A stretch of DNA of 64,000 bases, from contig OZ253564.1 of assembly GCA_965262915.1 (NCBI GenBank), forward strand, positions 2,976,001-3,040,000, written 5' to 3'. The notes below the pieces were generated by a model, which saw only the letters and a program-made list of their open reading frames with translations, did no database searches and was not told the origin of the DNA. Both the position numbers and the translations under genes were made by a program. This DNA is from Candidatus Spongiisociaceae bacterium (lineage in GTDB: Bacteria; Actinomycetota; Acidimicrobiia; Spongiisociales; Spongiisociaceae). Shown here in pieces: positions 47,106-57,676 of this stretch; the stretch's first letter is position 1, and each line of letters opens with the position of its first letter.

Positions 47106-48131
47106 TCAGGCCGGTGGGCGCAGTACCACCTCGGGGGTAAGGGGCCGGGCCACGCAGGTGAGGATCAGGCCCGAATCCTGCTCCTCCTCGGTGAGGGCGA
47201 AGGGGACACCCGGATCCACCCTGCCCGAGACCAGCCTCGCCTTGCACGTTCCGCACACTCCTGACCGGCAGGCGTAGAGCACCGGCGCAGCCATCCTGTC
47301 GAGGGCGGTGAGCAGCACCTCCCCGGCCCTCACCGAGCCGGTGCGTTCGTGGCCCTCCACCCTCACCAGGGCGCCGTCGTAGGGAACCGGGGCACCATCG
47401 CGGCTGGGAGGGACGTAGTGCTCGACCCGTAGACGGTCGTCCATGACACCCAAGGTCCGCAATCGGGCTTCGACTGTGCGGTTCATGCCGGGAGGTCCGC
47501 ACAGCAGGTACCAAACGTCGGCCGTCCTGGGAGGGTTGGTCACCAGGAAGCGATCGACGAAGCGGTAGTCGATCCTGCCTCCCCGGCCGCTGAACACGTG
47601 CCTCAGGGTCAGGCGGGTCGGGTGGGCCGCTACGAGCCGTTCCAGGTCGGCGGCGAAGATCACGTCTTGCGGATGCCTGTTGCCGTAGGCGAGGTGCGCC
47701 ACCGATCGGGTCTCGACGCGGAGGGCGCCGCGCAGGATGCTCAATACGGGAACGATGCCGCTCCCGGCCGCGAACGCGTAGTAGGTGCGGCGGTTGCGGG
47801 GAGCGATCCCGACCCCGAAGGTCCCGGCGGCCGGCTCGACCCCGATCACGTCACCGACCGCCGCCCGCTCGACGAAGTAGGTGGAGACCACTCCCCCGGG
47901 GAGCCGCTTGACGGTTATCGAAGGGGCGTGTCCCAACTCGGGCGTGGTGCTCAGCGAGAAGACCCGGCGGTGCTCCTCGCCATCTATGACGACCCTGACG
48001 ATCACGTACTGTCCGGCCTCTCCCCCGACCAGCCTCCGGGGATCGTCGAGAGTGACCGTGACGGCGTCGGCTGTCTCCGGACGTATCTCCGCGATCTCGA
48101 GGGAAAGGACCGTTCTCCCCTCCGGGTTCAA
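47106..48131 (-). CDS. Ferredoxin reductase with C-terminal 2Fe-2S domain (PaaE-like)
   Basis: RRVFSL, AAGSGIVP, LCGPPGM, CRSGVCGTC, ILTCVA; TTG overlaps the ligC stop. Confidence 0.88.
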   Translation of the reverse strand: MNPEGRTVLSLEIAEIRPETADAVTVTLDDPRRLVGGEAGQYVIVRVVIDGEEHRRVFSLSTTPELGHAPSITVKRLPGGVVSTYFVERAAVGDVIGVEPAAGTFGVGIAPRNRRTYYAFAAGSGIVPVLSILRGALRVETRSVAHLAYGNRHPQDVIFAADLERLVAAHPTRLTLRHVFSGRGGRIDYRFVDRFLVTNPPRTADVWYLLCGPPGMNRTVEARLRTLGVMDDRLRVEHYVPPSRDGAPVPYDGALVRVEGHERTGSVRAGEVLLTALDRMAAPVLYACRSGVCGTCKARLVSGRVDPGVPFALTEEEQDSGLILTCVARPLTPEVVLRPPA

Positions 48132-49156
48132 CCGACCACCTCGGAGAAGCCGGCGCCGATGGGCCTCACCAACTGGTCCATCGTGCACTCCTCGGCCGGT
48201 TTGTCGGGGCGCCAGCGTTCGAAGCGGGTCGCGTGGCGGAAGCGTCCTCCCTGGAGCTGGTCGTAGCTCACTTGAACCACGACTCCGGGCTCGACCGGTG
48301 TCCATTGCATGGAGCGTTCGGTGGACCACCGGCTCTGCGCTCCTGGCGCTCGGGTCTGGCCGCCGCCGCCGAAGCTCTCATCGGTGCGGATCTGCTCGAG
48401 GAGGTGGAGGATGGTGGCCCGTTCCTTGTTGGAGAAGCCGGAACAATGGCCGATGAAGTGCAGCTCACCCGCCGGATTGAAGAGCCCCAGCAGGATGGAG
48501 CCCACCTTGGCTCCGTCCTTGTGGACCCGGTAGCCGCCGATCACGCAATCGATCGAGCGCCGGTGCTTCCACTTGATCCATTCACGCTTGTCCTGGCGGT
48601 ACGAGCCCTCCGCCCGTTTGCAGATGATCCCGTCGCACCCGGCCGCCTCGAACTCGTGGAACCAGCGCGTGGCGGTGTCGAAATCCCCGGTGACAGGGGT
48701 GAGATGCCACGGTTCACCCAGGCCCCCACAGAGCCCTTCGAGGCGAGTCCGGCGAGCGGCGTAGGGCGTTTCGACGAGGCTTTCCCCCCGTTCGGCCAGC
48801 AGGTCGAACGCCACCAGACGGGCCGGGTATTCCTCTGCGAGGCGCTCGATCCGCGACCGGGCGGGATGGATGCGAAGCTGGAGGAGGTCGAATTCGGTGA
48901 CGTCGTCGACCACCACCAGCACCTCGCCGTCCACGATCGTCCCCGGCGGCAGGCGGTCGAGGGCAGGCCGGAGTTCGGGAAAGTAGCGAAGCAGGTCCTT
49001 GCCGTTGCGCGAGTCCAGCCTCGTCTGTTCACCCCCGAAGGCGATCATCCGGAAGCCATCCCACTTCGGCTCGTACATCCAGCCCTCACCGGTAGGAGGG
49101 TTCGCTCGTACCCTCGCCTTCATCGGCTTGATGGGGGGTGTCAGCGGCCAGGTCAT
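48128..49156 (-). CDS. ligC: ATP-dependent DNA ligase, LigC type
   Basis: YEPKWDGFR, VDGEV, AFDLL, DGIICK, RFRHATRFERWRPDK. Confidence 0.9.
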   Translation of the reverse strand: MTWPLTPPIKPMKARVRANPPTGEGWMYEPKWDGFRMIAFGGEQTRLDSRNGKDLLRYFPELRPALDRLPPGTIVDGEVLVVVDDVTEFDLLQLRIHPARSRIERLAEEYPARLVAFDLLAERGESLVETPYAARRTRLEGLCGGLGEPWHLTPVTGDFDTATRWFHEFEAAGCDGIICKRAEGSYRQDKREWIKWKHRRSIDCVIGGYRVHKDGAKVGSILLGLFNPAGELHFIGHCSGFSNKERATILHLLEQIRTDESFGGGGQTRAPGAQSRWSTERSMQWTPVEPGVVVQVSYDQLQGGRFRHATRFERWRPDKPAEECTMDQLVRPIGAGFSEVVG

Positions 49157-49533
49157 CCGGGCAGCATAGGACAGGTTCGGGGCGGCGGCCGCAACCGGGG
49201 ACATCCGACCGCTGCGGCCGACCTCGAGGTCGCGAAAAACGAGCGCACCCGGCTGCCCTGTCGGGCCCGGCCCCCGCCTCCACCACCACAGGATCGGATC
49301 CCCGACGGACGCGCCGGGCGTGCCGGTGGCCGGCGTGCTCGGGGAGGTCCGCTCAATGTCCGTCCCGGTCGGCGATCACCTCTCATGGGTGGTCGCTTCG
49401 GGAACGGAACCCGACGATGATCACCGCTTCCGGACCGGCGGTGATGTTTGTGATCTCGGCACTTTCCAGTATGCATCATGGCTGTGACACACAGGGTCGC
49501 CTCGTCTCCCGAATCTGCGCCGGCCTGTCGCGA

Positions 49534-49944
49534 TCAGGGTTCGCGAGCACCCTCCTGCAGGAAGAAACCGAAGGGATGGAGTTCCTCAAACGAATGGCGG
49601 CGCACCTCGCTCCCCTCGCCCGCGGTAACCATCACCCACTCGGTGTCGAACTCGTTCAGGAGTTGGCGGCAGTTTCCGCACGGGTAGGCGCCGTCCACGG
49701 TCTCGGCATCAATACAGGCCACCGCCACCCCATCGATCTTGCGGAGTCCCCTGGCCACGGCGCCCGCAATAGCCGTGGCCTCGGCGCAGATGGACGAGCC
49801 GTAGGCTGCGTTCTCGACGTTGGACCCGGTGTAACGGCGGCCGTCCGCGTCGATTACTACCGCCCCGACCCGGAAACCGGAGTAGGGGGAGTAGGAACCG
49901 AGAGCGGCCTGCCGGGCTGCGGCGGCGAGTTCTTCCGGACTCAC
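49534..49944 (-). CDS. cdd: Cytidine deaminase
   Basis: YSPYSGFRVGA, GSNVENAAY, ICAE, PCGNCRQ. Confidence 0.94.
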   Translation of the reverse strand: MSPEELAAAARQAALGSYSPYSGFRVGAVVIDADGRRYTGSNVENAAYGSSICAEATAIAGAVARGLRKIDGVAVACIDAETVDGAYPCGNCRQLLNEFDTEWVMVTAGEGSEVRRHSFEELHPFGFFLQEGAREP

Positions 49945-50927
49945 GAGGGAGCTAGCAGGGCGTCGACGAAGTCGGGGCCGTCGAACGGCACCAAGTCGTC
50001 CAGGCCCTCGCCGACGCCGATGAACTTCACCGGCAGGGAGAGTTCCCTCTCGACTGCCAGCGCCACTCCACCTTTGGCCGTCCCATCCATCTTGGTGAGA
50101 ACCATTCCCGTGGCCCCCAGTTCCGCGAAATGCCTGGCCTGGGCCATCCCACTCTGGCCGGTGGTGGCGTCCATCACCAGGAGTACCTCCGACACCCGGT
50201 CGCCGTCCCTGCGCAGCACCCGGATGATCTTGGCCAGCTCTTCCATCAGGTTGTGCCGGGTCTGGAAGCGGCCGGCCGTGTCGACGATCACCACGTCGGC
50301 GCGGCGGGCTCTCCCCGCCTGGAGAGCGTCGTAGGCCACCGCGGCCGGGTCGCCCCCGGATTGGCCGGAAACCACCTGGACTCCCACCCGCTCGGCCCAG
50401 ACCTTGAGTTGGGTGTCCGCGGCAGGACGGAAGGTATCGGCCGCGCCGATGAGCGCTGTCTTCCCCGCTCTGCTCAGGTGGGCGGCCAGCTTGGCCACCG
50501 TCGTAGTCTTCCCCACCCCGTTCACTCCCACCACCACCAGGATGGAGGGCCGGCCCTCCATCCGGAGGCTCCGATCCGCGCCGGCCAGGAGGCTGATCAT
50601 CTCGTTTCGGATCACCGACCTGGCCTGGTCCGGGCCGGACGGGCGGGCCGCACGCACCGCCTCGACGATCCTGCTGCTCGCCTCTACCCCCAGGTCGGCC
50701 GCGATCAGTTCCTCCTCCAGATCCTGCCACCCGCTCGCCGAGATCCCCGAACGGGACAGGACCGACTCCAGCCTGGTACCGAGCCGTTTCCGGGTGGCGG
50801 CGAGACGCTTACCGAGGTTCTGGGAGGGGTCGGGAGAGGATCTGGCAGAGGTGCGGGCTCGCCGCGCGACGGCGATCACGATGGCGGCTACGACCAGCAC
50901 CACCAGCACCCATATGAGAGGGGTCAT
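49941..50927 (-). CDS. ftsY: SRP receptor FtsY with N-terminal membrane anchor
   Basis: GVNGVGKTTT, DTFRPAA, DTAGR, TKMDGTAKGG. Confidence 0.96.
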   Translation of the reverse strand: MTPLIWVLVVLVVAAIVIAVARRARTSARSSPDPSQNLGKRLAATRKRLGTRLESVLSRSGISASGWQDLEEELIAADLGVEASSRIVEAVRAARPSGPDQARSVIRNEMISLLAGADRSLRMEGRPSILVVVGVNGVGKTTTVAKLAAHLSRAGKTALIGAADTFRPAADTQLKVWAERVGVQVVSGQSGGDPAAVAYDALQAGRARRADVVIVDTAGRFQTRHNLMEELAKIIRVLRRDGDRVSEVLLVMDATTGQSGMAQARHFAELGATGMVLTKMDGTAKGGVALAVERELSLPVKFIGVGEGLDDLVPFDGPDFVDALLAPS

Positions 50928-50984
50928 GACGGCGGACCGGCCGGGAACGCCCGGTTGACGGCAGGGAGACTCACGGCGTCGATT

Positions 50985-53900
50985 CTATCGGGCGGCCCGT
51001 ACAACCCCGGGTCGGACCAGGACCGGCGCCTCGTCCATCCGCTTGGTCAGCGCCTGGGAGGAACCGCCCGGCTCCATGGTCACCCCGTAGAGAATGTCGG
51101 CCGCCCGCATGGTGGCCTGCTGATGGGTGACCACGATCAGCTGGGCATCGTCGCGGAACTCGTCCACCAGGCGGAGGAGCCGGTGCAGGTTGGCGTCGTC
51201 CAGCGCCGCGTCAACCTCGTCGAGGATGTAGAAGGGGCCGGGCCGGGCCGCGAAGACGGCGAACAGGAAGGCGAGGGCGGCCAGCGACCGCTCCCCTCCT
51301 GACAGCAGGGCGAGCCTTCCGATCTTCTTGCCGAGCGGTTGTGCCTCGATCTCGACCGCGGAGGCGAGCGGGTCGTCGGGGTTCGACAGGACCAGCCGGC
51401 CCGTTCCACCGGGGAACAACACCGCAAAGAAGCGCCAGTAGTGGCGAGCGGTATCCTCGAAGGTCTTCCGGAACAGGTTCTCCATCTCGGTGTCGAGGGC
51501 GATGATCACCTTGTCCAGTTCGCTTCTGGACGTCTCGAGGTCGGACAACTGTCCGGCAATCAGCTGATGCCGCTCGTCGAGCCGGCGGTACTCCTCGGTG
51601 GCCAGCAGGTTGATGGCGCCCATCCGGGACAGCTCGGCCATCAGGGATGCAGCCCGGCCGGCCGGATCGTCGCCCGCCGTAGGAGGACGTTCCGAGGCTA
51701 GGGCCTGCTCCTCGGACGCGTCGGTGTCCCGCCGGAGACCTTCGGCTACCGACTCCTCCCGCATCCGCAACTCGGTCTCCTCGACCGCCAGTTCGCCGAG
51801 CCGTTCCCGGGCGGCTTCGATGGTCGCCGCAACTCCGGACACCTGTCGCCGAACTCCGGCCAGGCGACTGTCATCGGTCGCGATCCTGCTTCTGAGCTCC
51901 TTGCGGCGTCCGGCCAGCTCCTCCAGCTTGGCGAGCACCACGACCAGCACCCGCCTTGACATGTCCTCGACCACCCGCGCTTTCTCGAGCTCCGATGGCT
52001 CGACAGGCGCCTCATCCGATCCTCCCAGCTCGCCCCTCACCCTCTCCAGGCGGTTGTGGAGCATCCGGCGCCGCTCTACGGCCGCGCCCAGCTTCCGGAT
52101 GGCGTTGTCCCTGGCGCGGCGGTCGGCTGCGTGCTGGTGCTCGACGGCTTCCCGCTCCCGCGTGGCCTTCTCGCGGGAACGCTCCTCACGCGCCAGGTGG
52201 TCGCGGGCCGCGGTGATCCGTTCCCGTAGCCGGGCGACGCGCTGCTCCCGTTGCTCGACCGAACGGCGGACCGCCTCGAGGCGCAGCTCCAGTCCCGCTA
52301 TCCCTTTCTCACTCGAGACCCGGGCCCGAGCGAGCCGTTCCAGGTCGCCGGACGCCCGAGCCTGCCGCGACTCCAGGGCCGCAAGCCGGTCGCGCGCCGA
52401 ATCGTGCTCGCTGCGGACGCGCTCCAGTTCGGCTCGGGCGAGCGCCCCGGCCTCCCTGGCCATCGCCTCGCCGGTCTCGGCGGCGGACGCGGCCCGGCGG
52501 GCGGCCTCTATCACGCTTGGCGATACCTCGTCGGGATCGGAGGGCCGCACTCCGAGGGAGGTGACCAGGTCGCCCTCCGGCGTAACCGCCCGGATCCCCG
52601 GTTCGTGCTCGACGATGTCCCACCCCGTGCTCCAGCCCTCGACCATAACGATGTCTCCCAGGACCGCAGCGGCCAGCGTACGGTTCGCGCCGGGACCGAG
52701 CCGGTCCACCAGCGCCTCCACCCCCCACCGACCGGAGGCGGCAACCGCCGGCGGTTCCCCCGGGGAGGGTGGTGGAACGATGAGGGGGAGGCCTCCCAAC
52801 CCTTCGGACTTGAGCACTCCCACCGCCCGCCGGACTCCCCTTCCCCCGTCGAGCACCAGGGCCTCGGCCCATCCACCCACCGCGGCGTCCACCGCTGCCA
52901 GCAGGTGGTCGGGTACGTCCAGCAGGTCGGCGAGTGCTCCGATCACCCCGTCGGCGCCCGCGAGGCGCTCCCTGGCCGAGGCGCGGGAGTGACCGGCCGC
53001 GGCCTCGAAGGCTTCAGCCTTGGCCACGGCGGCGATCCGATCGGCCTCTGCGGCCCGGAGCCGGCGCTCAGTCCGCTCCCATGCCGCCTGCCTGGATCCA
53101 AGCACTCCGGCAGCCGCGTCGCGCCGCGTTCGCGCCGGACCCAGCCGCTCGGCACAAGAACGTAGCTGCTCCTCCAGAGATTGGGCCTCCTCCGACTCCT
53201 CGCTACTGCGGGACTCGGTGGCCTTCAGCCGGGAGACGAGGCTCTGCTCATCTTGGGAGTCACGGGCGGCGGCAGCCTCCATGGACCGGAGGTCGTGGTG
53301 CATCATGACCAGGTCCGTCTCGGCCGCTGCGGGCTGTTGCGCCCGCGCCGAGCGTATCCGGTCCTCGGCGGCACGGAGCTCCGCTTCACCGGCCTCGACC
53401 TCCTGGCGCACCTCCCGCTCCTCGGAGGCTGCCTCCTCCAGCCGGAGGACCAGGAGCTCCGCTTCCCGGGCGAGGTGGCGCCGCCGCGCCGCGGTCTCCT
53501 CGATCCGGGCGGTCAACCCCCCGGCGCGCTCGCGGGCCACCTGTACGATCCCGCGCAGGCGGGCGGCTACCGTTTCGAGGCCGGCGGCGGCTGCCGTGTC
53601 GCGTTTCAATGTCCGGGACGTGGCGGCCGACCTCTCCTCGATCCGGGCCATCCGCTCCTCCAGTCGACCCATCTCCGAGCGCTCCCCGGCCAGTCGCTCG
53701 TCGAGTACAGCCCGTTCTTCCGACAGGTCCCAGGATCTCTGCCTCAGGTTTCGCAGGTCCTCGCCACCCAGCCAGAGCCTCAGTGACCGCAACTCGGCCC
53801 GGACGGTGTCATGTCGCTCGGCCGCCTCGACCTGCCGGCGTAGGGGTCGCTTGCGCCGGTCGATCTCGCGGAGGATGTCGTGAAGCCTCACGACGTCGGC

Positions 53901-54455
53901 GTCGGTCCGCTTCAGACGTCGGATCGCCTTGGCCTTGCGCACCTGGTGCTTGAGGATCCCGGCGGCCTCCTCGATTATCCGGCGCCGGTGGTTGCCCTTG
54001 GCGGTCAGGATCGACTCCAGCCGGCCCTGGCCGACGATCAGATGTTGCGTGCGCCCGATGCCGCTGTCCGACAGCAGGTCCTGGACATCGAGTAACCGGC
54101 AGCCGACGCCGTTGATCTCGTACTCGGACAGGCCTCCCCGGAACAGGCGTCGGGTCAGCGACACCTCGTCGAGTTCGAGCGGAAGGATGCGGTCGTTGTT
54201 CTCGAGCACCAGCGTGACCTCGGCCCTGGAATGGGACGCCCGAGTGGCGGTGCCGGCGAAGATGACTTCGTCCATCCGCTCGGTCCGGAGAGCCTTGGTG
54301 AACTGGGCGCCGAGTACCCAGGCGACCGCGTCCACGATGTTGGACTTGCCGGTGCCGTTGGGTCCCACCACAACCGACACACCGGGCTCGAACTCCAGCA
54401 GGGTCCGGTCGGCGAAGGATTTGAACCCGGCCAGCTTGATCGATTTGAGATACAA
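50985..54455 (-). CDS. smc: Chromosome segregation protein SMC
   Basis: LAGFKSFA, GPNGTGKSN, coiled coils, hinge, LSGGE, LDEVDAALD. Confidence 0.95.
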   Translation of the reverse strand: MYLKSIKLAGFKSFADRTLLEFEPGVSVVVGPNGTGKSNIVDAVAWVLGAQFTKALRTERMDEVIFAGTATRASHSRAEVTLVLENNDRILPLELDEVSLTRRLFRGGLSEYEINGVGCRLLDVQDLLSDSGIGRTQHLIVGQGRLESILTAKGNHRRRIIEEAAGILKHQVRKAKAIRRLKRTDADVVRLHDILREIDRRKRPLRRQVEAAERHDTVRAELRSLRLWLGGEDLRNLRQRSWDLSEERAVLDERLAGERSEMGRLEERMARIEERSAATSRTLKRDTAAAAGLETVAARLRGIVQVARERAGGLTARIEETAARRRHLAREAELLVLRLEEAASEEREVRQEVEAGEAELRAAEDRIRSARAQQPAAAETDLVMMHHDLRSMEAAAARDSQDEQSLVSRLKATESRSSEESEEAQSLEEQLRSCAERLGPARTRRDAAAGVLGSRQAAWERTERRLRAAEADRIAAVAKAEAFEAAAGHSRASARERLAGADGVIGALADLLDVPDHLLAAVDAAVGGWAEALVLDGGRGVRRAVGVLKSEGLGGLPLIVPPPSPGEPPAVAASGRWGVEALVDRLGPGANRTLAAAVLGDIVMVEGWSTGWDIVEHEPGIRAVTPEGDLVTSLGVRPSDPDEVSPSVIEAARRAASAAETGEAMAREAGALARAELERVRSEHDSARDRLAALESRQARASGDLERLARARVSSEKGIAGLELRLEAVRRSVEQREQRVARLRERITAARDHLAREERSREKATREREAVEHQHAADRRARDNAIRKLGAAVERRRMLHNRLERVRGELGGSDEAPVEPSELEKARVVEDMSRRVLVVVLAKLEELAGRRKELRSRIATDDSRLAGVRRQVSGVAATIEAARERLGELAVEETELRMREESVAEGLRRDTDASEEQALASERPPTAGDDPAGRAASLMAELSRMGAINLLATEEYRRLDERHQLIAGQLSDLETSRSELDKVIIALDTEMENLFRKTFEDTARHYWRFFAVLFPGGTGRLVLSNPDDPLASAVEIEAQPLGKKIGRLALLSGGERSLAALAFLFAVFAARPGPFYILDEVDAALDDANLHRLLRLVDEFRDDAQLIVVTHQQATMRAADILYGVTMEPGGSSQALTKRMDEAPVLVRPGVVRAAR

Positions 54456-54577
54456 GTCACACCCTTGTGATTCCGTAACCGCGCACGATAGCGGCCCCGG
54501 GTGGGTTGCCGTGGCAACCGCCCGCCAACCGAGGTGTACTCCACCTGCCTGCAGACTCGGAGGGAACCCTGCCCGGC

Positions 54578-55408
54578 TCAGGTCTGGCAGGCGGGACACC
54601 GGAAGGAGGACCGTCCGCCTATCACTTCTCGGAGGATTCGGGTGCCGCACCTGTGGCACGGTTCTCCATTCCGGCCGTAGACCTCCAGGTGCTCGAGATA
54701 CTGGCCGGCCCTCCCGTCGGGCAGGAGGTAGGCGAGGTCGTCGAGGGAGGTCCCGCCGTGCTCGAGACCTGCCGCCAGAACCGTGCGGATTGCGCCCCGC
54801 AGGGCCTGGAACTCGGCAAGTCGCAGCGAACCCGCCGGCCTGCCCCCGGCGATACGGGCACCGAAGAGCACCTCGCCGGCGTAGATGTTCCCCAACCCGG
54901 CCAGGAAACGCTGATCGATCAGCAGGGTCTTGATGGCGACCCGCCGTCCCGCGGCCCTGCTTGCCAGCGACTCGGCCGGAGGGAGCGCCGTGAGCGCATC
55001 AGGTCCCAGGGAGGCCAGGGTCGAGGCGGCCAGTTCGTCCGCTGTGAACACGGCCGTGAAACCGAAGGTGCGGGGATCCACCATCCGCACCTCGCAGCCG
55101 GGCCCGGTCCGGATCACGACGCGGGTATGCCGCGCTTCGGCCGCGCCCGGCACCGCGACCGACATCCTCCCCGACATGCCCAGGTGGGTGACCCAGGTGA
55201 GTTCGTCCCCCACATCGAACATGAGGAACTTGCCCAACCGGCCCAGAGAACGCACCACCCGTCCAACGAGGCGGGAGGCGAAGTCAGCCGGGTCCGGCTG
55301 CCGTCGCAGCATCCTGGGGTGGTGGACCCGGACCGCGACGATCCGCCGGCCGGACAGGGCGGTGATCAGCCCTCGCCGGGTGGTCTCGACCTCGGGCAGT
55401 TCGGGCAA
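54578..55408 (-). CDS. mutM: Formamidopyrimidine-DNA glycosylase
   Basis: MPELPEVE, HLGMSG, GLGNIY, C-terminal Zn finger. Confidence 0.96.
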   Translation of the reverse strand: MPELPEVETTRRGLITALSGRRIVAVRVHHPRMLRRQPDPADFASRLVGRVVRSLGRLGKFLMFDVGDELTWVTHLGMSGRMSVAVPGAAEARHTRVVIRTGPGCEVRMVDPRTFGFTAVFTADELAASTLASLGPDALTALPPAESLASRAAGRRVAIKTLLIDQRFLAGLGNIYAGEVLFGARIAGGRPAGSLRLAEFQALRGAIRTVLAAGLEHGGTSLDDLAYLLPDGRAGQYLEHLEVYGRNGEPCHRCGTRILREVIGGRSSFRCPACQT

Positions 55409-55416
55409 CTAGACCA

Positions 55417-56127
55417 CTAGTCGGGATTCTCCGTCGTGGTGGCCAGGGCCTCCAGAGCCTGGCGAGCCGCCGACTGCTGCGCCTCCCGTTTGGAGCGACC
55501 CGTACCGGCGCCCAGGTCGGTTCCGTCCACCGACACCACCGCGGTGAACCGTTTCTCGTGATCCGGACCCGCCTCCGTGAGCCGGTAGCCGGGTCGCGTC
55601 CCCTCCTGTGCCAGATGCTCCTGCAGTCGGCTCTTGTAGTCGCTCCAGCCCGGCGACTCTGCCCGGTGCCGTATCCGATCCTCCCACAGGCGCAGTATGA
55701 TCCGCCGGGCGGGATCCAGGCCGCCGTCGAGGTACACCGCTCCGAGAACCGCCTCCATCGCGTCGGCCAGGATGGAAGGCTTGGAACTCCCTCCGGTCGC
55801 CTCCTCCCCCTTACCCAGCATCAGATACGCGCCCAGTCCGAGTTGGCGGGCGACCCCGTGGAGAACCTCCTTGTTGACCGAGGACGAACGGAGCTTGGCC
55901 AGGTCACCCTCGGGATGGTCCGGGTAGTGGGAGAATATGAAGTCGGTCACCACCAACTGCAGGATGGTGTCCCCCAGAAACTCCAGACGTTCGTTGGAAG
56001 GTCCCCGCCCGGACTCGGCTATCCAGGATCGGTGACGCAGCGCCTCGTGGAGATGCTCAGGATTCGTGAACGAGTATTCGAGCGCGCGTTCCAGACCATC
56101 GGTTTGGGCGCCGTCGGGGTCGGTCAT
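55417..56127 (-). CDS. rnc: Ribonuclease III
   Basis: NERLEFLGD, ADAMEAVLGAVYLD, dsRBD DYKSRLQE. Confidence 0.96.
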   Translation of the reverse strand: MTDPDGAQTDGLERALEYSFTNPEHLHEALRHRSWIAESGRGPSNERLEFLGDTILQLVVTDFIFSHYPDHPEGDLAKLRSSSVNKEVLHGVARQLGLGAYLMLGKGEEATGGSSKPSILADAMEAVLGAVYLDGGLDPARRIILRLWEDRIRHRAESPGWSDYKSRLQEHLAQEGTRPGYRLTEAGPDHEKRFTAVVSVDGTDLGAGTGRSKREAQQSAARQALEALATTTENPD

Positions 56128-57098
56128 GAGCGGACCAGTCCCTGTTCGAGGCGCTCCACCAGACCGCCCTTGACACCTTCGGTGGCGAGCTGGATGGCAT
56201 TGAAGATGGCCAACCGTGACGACGAACCGTGGCATATGACCACCCCGGCCGACGTACCGACCAGATGGGCGCCGCCGTAACGCTCGGGGTTGGTGATCCC
56301 GTGGATCTCGGCCATCGAACCAGCGATCCGGGATAGCACCTCATCCGGCAGATGGCGGAAAGCCCGGTCGATCAGCCGGACCACCAGCCCGGCAGCGCCT
56401 TCGATGCTCTTTAGGGCCACGTTGCCGGTGAAGCCGTCGGTCACGAACACATCGGCCATATCGCGGGTGATGTCGCCGCCTTCGAGATTACCCACGAAGT
56501 TGACCGGCGCCTCCTCCAGCAGCCGGAAAGCGGAACGCTCCAGATCACGTCCCTTCGAGGGCTCCCCGCCGATGTTGAGCAGGGCGACCCGGGGACGGTC
56601 GATCCCGTAGACGATCTCGGCCAGGAGTGCGCCCATGACGCCGAACTGGACCATATGAACGGGGCGTACCTCGAGGTTGGCCCCGGCGTCGAGCAGCAGG
56701 GCCGGTCTGTCAGGGCCGGGAATGGGGGTGGCTATGGCCGGGCGAAGCACCCCCTTGAGCCGGCCGATCACTATCGAGGCCGCCGCCATGGCTGCTCCCG
56801 TGGATCCCGCCGACACAAGCGCGTCGGCCTGCCTGGCGGCTACCAGGCGGGCCGCGGTCAGCACCGAGGATCCAGGCTTGTCCCGCACGGCTTTGGCCGG
56901 GTCGTCGTGCATCTCCACCACTTCGGGGGCATGCACGAACTCGAGGTAGGCGCCGGCCGCCACCAATGCGGGTTCCACCACTTCCTGGCGACCGACCAGC
57001 ACCACCTCGTGGCCCGTCTCGGCGGCCATCAGGGCTCCGGCCACTATCTCCGCCGGGCCCCGGTCGGTGCCCATCACGTCCAGCGCTATCCGTGCCAA
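56124..57098 (-). CDS. plsX: Phosphate acyltransferase PlsX
   Basis: IALDVMGTD, SAGSTGA, LLDAGAN, TDGFTGNVALK, HGSS. Confidence 0.95.
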   Translation of the reverse strand: MARIALDVMGTDRGPAEIVAGALMAAETGHEVVLVGRQEVVEPALVAAGAYLEFVHAPEVVEMHDDPAKAVRDKPGSSVLTAARLVAARQADALVSAGSTGAAMAAASIVIGRLKGVLRPAIATPIPGPDRPALLLDAGANLEVRPVHMVQFGVMGALLAEIVYGIDRPRVALLNIGGEPSKGRDLERSAFRLLEEAPVNFVGNLEGGDITRDMADVFVTDGFTGNVALKSIEGAAGLVVRLIDRAFRHLPDEVLSRIAGSMAEIHGITNPERYGGAHLVGTSAGVVICHGSSSRLAIFNAIQLATEGVKGGLVERLEQGLVRS

Positions 57099-57334
57099 GG
57101 AGCTCTCCGCGAACTATCCGCTTCCGGGGAAGCCGTCTTTCCGACCGGTCGCGATACGCCAACGGTCGGCATCACGCTGGGCGGCGCCACATCAACATGA
57201 CGGAAGGCCCGACGCGCCGCGCATGCACGGTGCGTCCGTATACCCGATTCCTGCAAGCTGCATCCCGATATACCGGCTACCCCCACACCCGGGGTCCATG
57301 TGGCGACTCGCATTCGGAAACCTCTTGTTGGGGA

Positions 57335-57526
57335 TCAGCTGTAGGTGTCCACCACTGTCCGGCCGCGGTAGGTACCGCAGCCGCCCTCACCCGTGCACGC
57401 ACGGTGCGGCAGCTTGGGCCGGCCGCACCTAGGGCAGGTGACAGTCCGCACGGGACGCATCTTCATCGCCTCCGCCTTGCGCCGTCGAGTGCGAGAGCGC
57501 GACATCTTTCTCTTCGGCACTGCCAT
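57335..57526 (-). CDS. rpmF: 50S ribosomal protein L32
   Basis: MAVPKRKMSRSRTRRR, CPRCG..PHRAC..CGTYRG. Confidence 0.95.
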   Translation of the reverse strand: MAVPKRKMSRSRTRRRKAEAMKMRPVRTVTCPRCGRPKLPHRACTGEGGCGTYRGRTVVDTYS

Positions 57527-57676
57527 GACGTACCCCTTCGGTTATGACGATCCGCTTCCCACCGGTGTTCAACTCCGGGCCTCGCGGTCTATCTGCAAAC
57601 AACTTAGCGTGCTCTGCCTGCCATCGACGCTCCTCGCTGCCGGCGCGTACCAGGACGCCATTTCACGGACATACCA

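Noticed and set aside
46030-49156. Complete NHEJ system
   Set aside because: No Ku or multidomain LigD here; motifs fit LigC and Prim-PolC.
49153-49479. His/Arg-rich ORF between ligC and cdd
   Set aside because: Low complexity, no motifs or RBS; likely intergenic, with only a small hairpin near 49420-49445.
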